NCBI GenBank assembly: GCA_051294375.1 | Contig: CM119269.1 | Span: forward strand, 22,222,076-22,286,075 | Direction: 5' to 3' | Length of the DNA stretch: 64,000 bases | Source of the DNA: Paraspadella gotoi | Lineage: Eukaryota > Animalia > Chaetognatha | Part shown: in pieces, positions 29,542-41,495 of the stretch | Position numbering within the stretch: position 1 is the stretch's first letter | Layout: each line of letters begins with the position of its first letter | Notes under the pieces: model-generated | The model's input: the letters and a program-made list of their open reading frames with translations, nothing else | Told to the model about the DNA's origin: nothing | The model's database searches: none | Position numbers and translations under genes: made by a program

Positions 29542-31209
29542 GTCAACTTCTTCAAAAACCTTTTCAACTTTTGAGTAAAACCATATTGTCAGCCATTTTG
29601 ATTTTTTCTCGACCCGTAAACCTTACAAGCATGATTAAAAACTCCTTTTCAAAACTTTTTTTTATTAATAAGAAAAACGATATTAACATAATCAAGAACA
29701 CTAACAGTAACAGCGAATTGTTATGGTTACGAAACTTAGCTTCAGAAATTCATGTTTTTAGTTTGTTTACATACAACTGTAAACTTTGTTGTAAACTCTT
29801 TTTTCTCTCCGACTTAAACGAATTCAAATAAAAACAAATTGTAAAACTTATTTTCATATTTTATTCGTTTTATCTATTTATTTACGTATTTATCAACATT
29901 GTTGACAACAAATAAAATCTTCCGTTGTTTTTCACGAGGTTAGTTTTCTTTAAAAGTTTAATGAACTTGTGGAATAATATAGCTAATGGAGAAGTTTGAC
30001 CAAAAAAAGCCTCTCATTTTTTAGCTGTTTTTTTCTCTGTTTTCTCTCGTTTATTTTTCTTCCTCCTTTTTTTGCTTGAATCCCAAGAAAATTTTAACGA
30101 CAAAAATCAAATTCGAAGATAAAAAGCAACACAAAATAAAAACGTAAAAATTTATAAACAAAAAGTCAATATATTTACTATTCAATTTTATTTTTTTCTT
30201 CCAAAGTATTTTTTCCTTTTTTTTCGCTTTTCAAAAACGTTTTGGTGAATTTTTAAAAAGGTTTTTTCTCGACGCGCCGTGCATCGCCATCCCACAGTGC
30301 ATTAAAAAAAAATATATATTTTTTGGTCGCCGAACCTGATTTTTTAAAACATTTTTAAAACATTTTTTAAACCAAAACCGAGTCGACGGATCGAATGACC
30401 GGAGATTCTCCATCATAGATCCTCCAAGAATCTCACCCTCAGATTTTACCTTTAAAATAAAACCACAACTGATTTCGTCTGCGACTTATTTTTAAAAAGC
30501 TTTCATTTTTCTCGCTATCTTGTTTCGCTCTCTCATATGTTACAATATTTTACAATATTTTACTATCTGGTTCATCTTTTTTCTTCACATTTGTCCCTTA
30601 AAAACTTCAACTTCATTCTCTTAAAAAAATTACCTGTTTCACTATCTTTATTTTTTTAGATTTAAAAATAACTATTATTTTATAAATTTATTTATTTGTT
30701 ATAATGTTATAAAATATAATATTATTTATCTATTAGGGTGCATCTACACAACACAAGGTAAGATTACTTTCTGTTCCAGTTTTCTAATAGACATCGTACA
30801 TCATTCCTATTGGAAAATCATTAATGAGAAACTCATAATATCTACAAGGCCGAACAAAAAGGATAATTTTTTGGAATAAGTTTAATAGAATCGTATGTTA
30901 TGATATATATTATTTTTTTGGCCTAAGATTCTTCTTTCATCACGTGATCAACTTTTTACTTTCTTAATTCTGTCTATAATTAACCTTTGGTACTCTTTAC
31001 TCATTTAACATTTATCAATTTTCTTCTTCTTCTCCCTATTTAACAGCTTTTTTTTTTTTCTTCTCCTCCGCCTCCTCCCTCTCCTTCTCCCTCTCTTCCT
31101 CCCACACCTCCTCCCCCCTCCCCTTAATCACCTCAGATCTTAATCTTTCCCTCAAATTAAAATTCTTTCCACAGATTTTTTCTCTCACGCTTTGGAATTT
31201 CCCCCTTAA

Positions 31210-31575
31210 CATTCTCCGGCCAAAGAACCTTTAGGCACGAATCCTATGCGCGCCAATATATTTTCAGCCCACAACTTTTAGGCGCCGATATCTCCAAACA
31301 AAATCCTTGGCACATAGGTATATTTCCGGTCGAAGAACCTTATAGTGCAAATATTTCTGGCACAAATCCTTTGCGCGCCAATAAATTTTCAGCCATAAAC
31401 CTTTAAATGCCAATATTTGAGGCCAAAATTCTTTGCAAGCAAATATATTTCCGGCTAAGAACCTTTAGGCGCCAAGATTTCCGACCAAAATATTTTTCGC
31501 GCCGATTTATTTCCGGCTGAGAACCTATAGGCGCCAATTTTTAACTCGCCTATGTATTTCTGGCCGAGAATTCAA
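31210..31575. repeat. Degenerate minisatellite
   Basis: tttccggc..agaacctttaggcgcca units. Confidence 0.7.
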
Positions 31576-31579
31576 GCAT

Positions 31580-31885
31580 TGGCGGCGCTCGAAAGGAATT
31601 ACAAAGGATTAGGCGTGCCCAAATAAGGATTAACGACCCCTGTACGGATTAGTGGCGCCCAAAAGGAAGGATTAGCGGCGTCCGATAGGAAGGATTAGCG
31701 GCACCCGAAAGGAAGGATTAGCGGCGCCTGAAATAAGGTTTATTGGCGCTCTAAAGATTAGCGATGCCCGAAAGGAAGGATTAACGGCGCCGAAAGGAAG
31801 GATTAGCGGCGCCCGAAAGGAAGGATTAGCGTTGCCCGAAAGGAAGGATTAGCGGCGCCCGATAGGAAGGATTAGCGGCGCCCTA
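31580..31885. repeat. 23-bp CpG-rich minisatellite upstream of the channel gene
   Basis: GGATTAGCGGCGCCCGAAAGGAA, about 12-13 units. Confidence 0.9.
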
Positions 31886-32333
31886 AATGAGGCCGTCGTA
31901 ATCGGCTTCCGGTCAACTCCGTGTTTTGTTGGACGACGAACGAAACTGTGTAGATTTGATGGAGAACACCAACTACATCAAAAAAGAAAACATCGACAAC
32001 AACAGCAACAGCAACGGATCCACTTTTCCTCTCCGCTCCAACTACACAGAACAACCTGGCTCCTCCTTCTTCATTTGCTCCAGTCGCCGAGATAACTTTC
32101 TCCTCCGTTCCCATGGTAACCGTTTTCCCGCGTTGATCAATAATGAAAACAACAACAACAACGACAAAGACGACCGAGAGACTCTGATGCCTTTCGTCTT
32201 CCGTCGAGGATCGACGAACGAATCGTCGTCGTCGTCGTCGTCGTCTATTTATAGCCTCTTCCCTCGAAAGTCTTCATCAAAGTTGCAGACTTTAAAGTGT
32301 TCCACCGCCGCCGCCGCAGAGAGAAGACCCGCG

Positions 32334-32544
32334 ATGGAATCTGACGCCGCTTCGCCGCTCCGGCCGCCGCTCCGGCCGCCGCCTCGCCGCCCGACGCCGC
32401 TTCGCAGCCGACGGCGCCGCCCCAGACCGGCGTCGCGCGGAATCGACGGCGGCGTCGTCTGTTTCGTCTTCGTCGTCGTAGTCGGCGTCGTCTTGAATTT
32501 GCTCGTCATTCCTGGAGTCGTTGGAGCGCAGAGAAGCAATGAAG
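32334..32544 (+). CDS. nAChR-like exon 1 (signal peptide)
   Basis: gcgATGG start; hydrophobic [25 protein letters not shown]; donor G|gttcgt in phase 1 matches exon 2. Confidence 0.7.
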
Positions 32545-35500
32545 GTTCGTGATGAAGAGGGAGAAGGAGGGAGGGGGGGTGGGGGAGGAGGAGGGAGGAG
32601 GAGGGGAGGAAGAAGGGGAACAGATGGAAGATGAGAGAAGGAGAGAAGAGGGAGGGAGAGAGAGACAGAGAGAGAGAGAGAGAGACAAGATAAAACGAGA
32701 ATGGAAAGGTTAATGAAAGTAAGAGAAGAGGAAAATAAAATTTAAATTCAGTTTAACGAGAGATGATTATGTCAAACACAGTCTAAACGTTTTCAATAGA
32801 TTGTATTTTATGTTTAACTTGTATGAGCGCATCTATGTTTCTCTGGACATGATATTAGTTTTAATTTCTGTCCACCATCCACTTTATTTCACTTTCTGTC
32901 CACTTTTTAACTTCTATCTATGTTTATATGTATATAGACACTTTTTTTCAAAATGGAGTTGCTGTGCTAAATAGAAAACAAAGTTTTTTTTTTTTTTCAA
33001 AATATTTCGCCATGTATTCTTATGTCATCAGCAGTGATAGTAAAAAGATCAAAATTAAATTTTAAGTTTTAATTTTTGTCTTTTTACTATCACTGATGAT
33101 GACAATAGAAAATATATCGAAATATCCATTTTGAAAATAAGTGTTTATTATATCTACTTCACTGTGCTTTTGATGACATTAAAACAGTTCTATCTATTAT
33201 CGAAGGCGCGGATGAGACTAGGAAATTTAGAAAGAATGTAGAGCGATTCCTTGTCGTCGTTGTTGTTGTTGTTGTAGCTGTCGTCGTTTGCGATGCAGAT
33301 GAGAAGATTTCGTTGAGGAAAAGAAGCTTGAAGGTCAAAGGTTAAACTGAAAACTGAAGCGAAAGAAAAAAACCGGATGCCACGCCCATTTGCGTTGGTG
33401 ACGCTGTTAGTTGAAAGGGGACGAAGGAGATGGTAGAAGTTGGGGAAAAGGAAGTAGAAGTTGTGGAAAATAAAGTAGGAGTTGTGGAAAAAGTAGTAGG
33501 AGTTCGGGAAAAAATAGTAGAGGATGTGAAAAGGGTGATTTAAATCGTGGAAATGTGGTCAGTAGTTGTGGAAAAGGTGGTAAAGGTTGTGGAAAAAGAG
33601 GTAGAATTTTTGGAATATCGGGTACATGTCTGGTAAAGATGTTAGAAGTCTTGGAAAAGGTGGAAGAATTTGTGGAAAGTTGGTAGAAGTTGTGGCAAAG
33701 GTGATAAAAGTTATAAGAAAATACCGGTAAATACTATTTAAGCTCTCGATCCCGGATATAACGAAGTTTATGGTCGATTTCCTCGTTAATAGCGAACTCT
33801 CGCTCCAATAGGTTATTTTTTCGAATTTATCGAATTCTGATTTTTATCGTAATTCGATATTCGCGAATTCGCAAAAGAAGCGACTTTTTTTGGGGATCAT
33901 ATGTAGTCAGCTTAAAATTTTTTTTATCGATGCATTTTAAAATTTTCCTGGATTAGAAATTTGCGACAAAAAATGATGATATAGAGATGAGAAACGCACG
34001 CAAAGAAAGAAAGATCACGGAAAAACACAAAACCTAAGATTAATTTCGGTTTTAAAGAATTCACATCCTTAAATAAACCTCTTTATCTTCGTTCTCTTTA
34101 ATTTTCCTATAATATTTTCCTATTTTCACGACTTAATAAACTTTTCGTTCTCGCACTTTTCCTTTCGCCTTCGCGTAGTTTTGGCAAAAGAATTAATTGA
34201 TCTTGAAAGAGAAAAAGGTAACAATAAAGATAAATGGTCAAGTGGTAAATATTATTCCCGAAGAAATTTGGTATTGTCGTGAAATTAAAAAAACAACATA
34301 AAAGCATGATAATTTTTTTTTCTTCTAAAAAATATCATTTTTCTCATTCACTTTTCATTTAGATATATACATAAAGTTATCACTTATAAACAAACCTACA
34401 AGAACCTATTTTTGAGCAAAAAATTTTTACCACTTTTTAAGGCTTTTTTCATACCCTTCGCAGAACCATTCATCAATTTATTGTTTTTTATTTTTGTAGA
34501 TGCTTTCAAAATACTGTTTGCTTAGTCTAGTAGAGATTCCCTAATTATTAATCATCAGTCGTGAATAACTTTATAAAAAAGGTTTACCAAAAATTAAAAA
34601 CCTTATATTTACAAATATTTTTTTACATTTTTTTTTGCCAATAGATTTTAGTATTTTTTTAATAGCGAGTAATCTTTGTTACAAATTAACTTCAATTGCC
34701 TTTTTGTTTAGGTCCCACGAAAAGTACGTCCGCTTTAGAATCAACGACAGAGGCGACGCCTTGCGATTCGAACGCAAACGAGGTTAATAAACAAAAGACA
34801 GTTATTTCGATTAATGATAATCAAAGACTAATGGGTTTCTGTGATAGTCAAATTAAACAAAAATTAAACTTGACGAGTTTTCACTTCTAGTTTGGTGATT
34901 AAATATGAATATATTAATATTATTATTAATTAAATTTAATCTGATTTCAGAATAAAGGCATATCTTGGATAGAGGAACAAGAAGAACTTCTTCAGAAAAA
35001 ATTCAGAACAGTAATCAAAGTTCGACCAGTTTTAAAATATAACGATACAGGTATGACTCATTATACTTGAGACAATCTTGAAATATTAATATGATTGATT
35101 AGGCTTTTGAAAGCATATCTAGTAAAAATGAAACTGATTAATTTTTTTTAATTTAACGGTTCTACTAATATTAGTAAATGAATGTAAATACAATATTGTA
35201 AATTGTTTCTCTCCTACAGTCTCCGTCAACGTTTCCCTGGTTTTGCTTCACATTTTCAAATTAGTAAGTATGAATAAATTTATATTAGTTTCTTTGCCCA
35301 ATTTATAATTGAGATGTTAATTAGGAAGTTGGCTCCGTAGTGTGAGAATTCAAAAATAACCAATTATTAATTTCACAATAAAAATTTTCAATAGTAATTT
35401 CCGAAAATTATTTTATTCATAGCAAATTTTATTGATAGCATTTTAATTTTGATTAAAAAAATTTTTTTGAGCACAAAGGAGTAAAACTTGTAAAACCCTC

Positions 35501-36730
35501 GTAGTTATTAGTAACAACTATTAATTGCCTTTGAGTCAACTAAATAATAAATATGTATGTAAAGATGTTACTGTTTACTTCTTTTCATGAGCACAAGTGC
35601 AACTTTTTTGATTTAGCACCGATCTGAATTTCCTTCGATATAAGTTCATTTTTGTCAAAACTTTGAAAAATTCAAACATCATTTGACTCATTTCGCCATC
35701 CTATCATTCACATTTATACATTCCCTGTCTTTTTATTTTCGGCTTTATTTTCCAAGAGCTACTCATTTCGTCTTAAATTCGAAATTGGGTTATTTTTTAG
35801 GTTAAAAATGTAAGGATTATGGAATAGGTTAAGTATTAAGGTTTAGCGCAAGGGTTAATGATTATTTATTATTGTTTAAGGCTTGGGTTAAGGAATATAT
35901 TAGGGTTAAACATTAGAGTTAGGAATTGGGTTATGAGTTTTCTAACAGATGAAGGTTAAATATTATAATTACTAAAATTATGTTCAGGAATTAATGAACA
36001 GAATTGGGTCGCTTTTGGGAAAGAGCCTTACTTTCTTTGTTAACTTGAGTTTGAGTTGATCCCGGAACGATTCTTGTATTTTCATTTACCAATCAAAATT
36101 GTGATTTGGCATCAAATTTTTCGCACTTTTAAAAATATCATCATGATGAAAGTTTTTGGTTCGGAATCCGAATACTTGTCGTTCAGTTTGAAATCGCACT
36201 TTGGATCCCTGTTCACTTCTATTTTATTTTCTGAATTACAGTTAAAGGGTTTTTGCATTTTTTTTTACATTTTTATATTTTCTGGATTACATTTAAACCC
36301 GTTTTAACTGTAATCACACTTTCTCCCTATTTTGCAAGTTGCATTTTTCCATAAATAAATCCAGTTTCATTTGTTGTTGTGAAAAAGTTAAACAAGATTA
36401 TAAATTCAAAATAAAGATTTTCATTTCTTCACGAAATTTTTTACTCCTTAAACTTTCACTCATCTGTTGTGGACAAAAAAATGTAAAGTCAATCAAAAGA
36501 AGATCTGGAATCAAACCCGGTGTACCCAGTCTTTTTTCAACGGTAATTTCTTTCCCGTTCACTTCTATTGATTTTGGGTGGCCACTGGTCATTTGGTCAC
36601 AACAATCGATCCAACACGATAAACGGATAGACTTTTTTTGTCAGTCCAGAAAAACTCAATTATCTTTTGGTCCAGTCTTTGTTTCAAATTTTATAAAAAA
36701 ATCATTGAAAAATAAGTAAAAAAATTTAAA

Positions 36731-36769
<39 letters not shown>

Positions 36770-39619
36770 TATTACATACATTAAATAGTCAAAACCATAA
36801 ATATTAATATTCTGAAATATAAAAATAACAAATATTGAATCATAGAAAATTTCCTCATTCCGAATGGTTTATGTTAGTTTTTTTTCGGTAATTTGAATTA
36901 ATTATGATTTTGAAAAGTAAAATTGATGTAAAATGTCGTAAATTTGTCTTTAGAGAAATTTTAGAAATTTAGAGCAATTGTAGCAATGATAGTTTTAGTA
37001 TTCATTAGAATTTATTGAAAAAAAATGTAATATAATGATTTCAATAATCGACCTCGCTTCAAAAAATATTCAAAAATTAAAATGATGGGAGAAACCCGAA
37101 CTATGCTGATATATCAACATATTTTTCAAGATGACCTTAAATGTTTATGAACTTTCTAAAAAGATTTTAACAAGCGCGAAAATATTAATAAATAAATTAA
37201 TTAAGGTTTCTCACACGGCGGTCGCTTCCTATAGAAGTTGATATATATACATTAGCGCGATCCGATGCTAATTCTACTTAAACAATAAAATTAAACATGA
37301 AACATTAGTCATGTCAAAACTTGTGAATGAGCTTACAAGCCCTTTTCATACTATTAGTCTCGGTGTCTACTTTTAATTTATAATTCCGACAAAATTAATA
37401 AATATTTATATTCTTTTCTCTCAGGACGAAAAGCTCCAAGTACTTCACAGCACTTTCTATGCCCATTTTGTAAGTATTATTTTCAAAGGCATTGTGAGAA
37501 TTATTGTACAAATCTTTATTTGTATTAAATTTTAATTTTCAATTTCAATTAAATTTCAGCAATGGCAAGATCATTCGTCCAAATGGGATCCAGACGATTA
37601 TATGGGGATTACCAAGTAAATACATCAGGAATAACATTTAATACCGATTAAAAACGATAATACTATTAATTAACACATTACTTTTCTACATTCTCTCAGG
37701 ATCAGCGTGCCTGTGAACAGAATATGGCTCCCAGATATCGTCCTTCTCAACACGTAAGACATGAGAAAAAAGAGAAATCTTACCAAATACAAATAATTAC
37801 AATTATTTCGCAACAATGAATTGTATCCAGGGCGGAAGATATGGTTTCTTTCCACAAGATGGATTCCTTTCCAGTCAGAGTCGAATATCAAGGGACGGTC
37901 GTGTGGACGCCAACGATCAACTCTCAGTCTATCTGTAGGGTAAGCTTGATCTGTAGGCTCAGCTTGATCGATTAATCTATTGAGTATTAGGTTAAGGATA
38001 AAATATTTAGTTTTGGTTATAATATATTATAATATATTGACAATGTTAAAATACTCTTCATTCGTTTCCCCCTTCAGGTTCGCATCATATTTTTTCCTTT
38101 TGACACACAAACTTGCGAAATCAAATTAGCCTCTTGGACTCAACCGAAAACAGAGATCCATTTGAACGCCGCGGTGAGGAATCCAATGTTGTTGTTGTTG
38201 TCGTAGTTGTTGTTGTCCTCTTCCTCCTCTGTCATCGTTTGTTTATTTATAAATCCTTTATTTGTTAACAAAATCCTTTTTATTTTGAAAACCAGAGGGG
38301 CCGTGCCTGGAGATTAATATTCATACTAACTTGTTTGTTAATTTTGTGATTTATATCTTGATTTGATGGGTATTCTGACAAAATTTACAATTATGTTTAA
38401 ACAACTCAAAATTGTATTTTTTTCTTGTCTACATTTCAACATTTTAGATTATGCTCGATCGGGGCTCCTGACCTCAATTACCTTTTTCCCCACTCGTGGA
38501 TGTAATGTTTGTCCGATTATCTTGACCCAAAATTCATGCTCTCCAGGGGTGCAGTGTTTGGTCTTATGCTCGACCGGGTCCTGACCTAAAAATCCCTTTT
38601 CCTCCTTAGGAGACGCAAATACGAATGGATTTGTTCAACTTGAACTCAGAATGGATGATTGAAGAAACGATGGTGAAAGAGAAAAACCAAACTTACCCTT
38701 ATTACGACACAGAATTTTCGGGTAAGGGTATATGGCGCAGAAACTAATATACAGCATATGTAGCGCAGCGTTATTAACCCTTGGTTAATTGTGAGAGATT
38801 CATTAATCTGTTGTAGCCTATTTGTCGGATTAAAAGTATCACTTATTTAAACTTCAATTAACTAAAATTCACTAATATTCACTCAATTTCAGTGAACTTA
38901 CCTCACATCTCTTTCCTCTCACTCTTTTTCATATTTCACATCAAAAATATAAAACCTCATCATATTTATTTCGCCGGATTCATACCTTCAACCCCCCCCA
39001 TTTTTTCTCCCCTTCACTTTTTCCGACCCCCTCCATCCCCCACTTTTTCCGACTTCTTCCACCCTCCACCCTCACTTTATTTGTAGAACTTTACTTTTCC
39101 GTAAAAATGAGTCGGAAACCGTTGGTGCAAATCTTTCAATTGGTGCTGCCTTGCATTCTGCTCTACCTGCTCATCTTGATGTCGTTCTGGCTGCCGCAAG
39201 ACAATCCCGGAAAAGCGGGACTAGGTAAAAACATCGGGCGGCTGGGCATTATTTTCCCAAAATGCCCCATTTTATCTCAAATTCTGAATTTGGTTAATTT
39301 TTATAAACTTATTAGTTTTGAGGTTAGGGATTAGGATGGAAGGTTAGTGGTTAGGGTTAAAAATTAGGGATAAGGGTTTGTGGTCAGGGTTTACGGTTAT
39401 GAATTGGGTTATAAGTTTAAAAAATATGTTTTGATAATATTAAGGTTAAAAGTTAATTGCAGGATAAAGTAACAGAAATGGAGCGCTTTGGGAAATTTAG
39501 TTTAGTATAAGGCAATTCGTTGTGGGATTTAAAATTCCTTTTTTTTTTCTTATTTGCCAATATTTCGATTCTAATGGACGAATCATTTTTCAAGTCAGAG
39601 AGAAAGTAAGGGAGGGAGG

Positions 39620-39689
<70 letters not shown>

Positions 39690-41451
39690 CAAAATACAAA
39701 AGAATCATAAGAACAGAGACACAAAAGAGCAAAGAGGGCTAAACCCCGGCCCCTCCCCAAAAACATGATACGGTGGAATCTCTATTAAGTTTTTTCATGT
39801 TTTTTAAAAGTGGGTTCCATGCATCTGTCCGGACATAGATGCCCTTGCCTTCTTCTGGTGGTGGTTTTTTGCTGCATAGGACATTTGCCAGTGTCCTTCC
39901 ACCACAGTGTATAAGGAGCAGCCTGCCTTTTTAAATGGAATCTAACCAGAAATTCGTCTCGATCTTTTAATTCCCCATAATTTCCCATCAATTCGAGTCA
40001 GACATGATTTCGGTTCGCCTCTGGAAATTGGCCTGCCTGACATTTGACTCCAGGCGTCAGGCGTTTGACTCCAGGCGTCGGAGTTGATGACACGGAAATT
40101 ATTTGCAGACAAATTTTTTGATTCTGAGCCAAATTTTGACCACTAGGAAAAAAAGGGAAAATTTTTGTTGGTAGATATAATAATATTAATATTATGATTT
40201 TTGGTATAATATTTTCTAAAAACATGACAATTCATATCCCCATGGTCTTCAGATATAATTTATAGTATAAATCTCGTAAAGAGTCCCAAAAGCACAACTT
40301 AAATTACGAAAGAAATTTTCAAAAGTATGAGATAAAAATAAAATAAAGTGAAATATTTTTTACCATAGTGTTGTGTAGAGGTTCACTCTTTTTCCAGAAG
40401 ACAACACTCAACAGTCAACAATCACCAGTCAACAGTCAACAATCCCTTGTAGTTCAAATATATTGAGTTGTAGTGATACGACTCGTCTTTCCATGATACG
40501 ACTGTTCCTTCCATCAGCGTAATAGCGCACTGGGCGAACGCTTCATGTCCGAACCCAATGATCACGGGTTCTAACCCCGGTCGAGAACAGTTCTTCCGAA
40601 ATGGGTGAAAGGCCGGTTAAACCACCGGCAGCAAGCTTACCGCCGGATCCGAAAATCCGGAAAGCACGGCAACTGAAACGAAAAAATCTCCCAGGCCCAC
40701 TGGGCACACTAAGTGTGGGGGCTATCACACACTCACAGAGAGGCATGGCGACCCTCTCTCCACTCGGTCACTTTACAGTAACATTTAATCCAAAATATAT
40801 ATTTAATTTTCTCTCAATTTTTTTTTTAAATTCTAGTTTAATAGTAGTAAAAAAACAATTAATTTTGCAATTTAAATAAAATAAACCAAAATAAGTGACT
40901 AATTCCTTCCATTCAACTACTCGCTCTCACCCTGACCCTCTCTTCGGACCCTACCCTTTTCCCCTCCCCCTCCCTCCCCTCTTCCTTGCTCCCCCTCTCC
41001 CTCCCTCTCCCTCTCTCTTCCTCCTTCCCTCCCCTCTTCTTGCTCCCCTCTCCCTCTCTCTCCCCTCTCCCTCCCTCTCCCCTTCCTCCCCCTTCCTCCC
41101 CATTTCAGCGACGCACGGTTCTATTTAGCCTCCAGCGTCCAACTGCTCGTCGTTGTCGACTACACTCCGCCATCCTCAACATTCGTTCCCATCTTGGGTG
41201 AGTCTCGCTGCAGCAGCGAGATGCTGACGCTGCTGCTCCCAGGCTGCGGCCCGCTGCTCAGGCAGCTGTAACCTGAGCTTTGACTGCTGCCGCTGCAGCC
41301 GAGGCTGCTGCCGAGGCTGGAGACATGATTGACTTTCCTGATTCACATTATATTTTTCTCTTTTCCTTTTCTTTTCCTCTCTTTCTTTTCTTTTCTCCAT
41401 TTTCTTCTATTTTTTCTTTTCTCCTTTTCCATTTCTTTTTTTTTCCTTCCT

Positions 41452-41495
<44 letters not shown>

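Noticed and set aside
30292-30300. Isolated CACAGTG as another transposon end
   Set aside because: No matching partner TIR or TSD found by eye.
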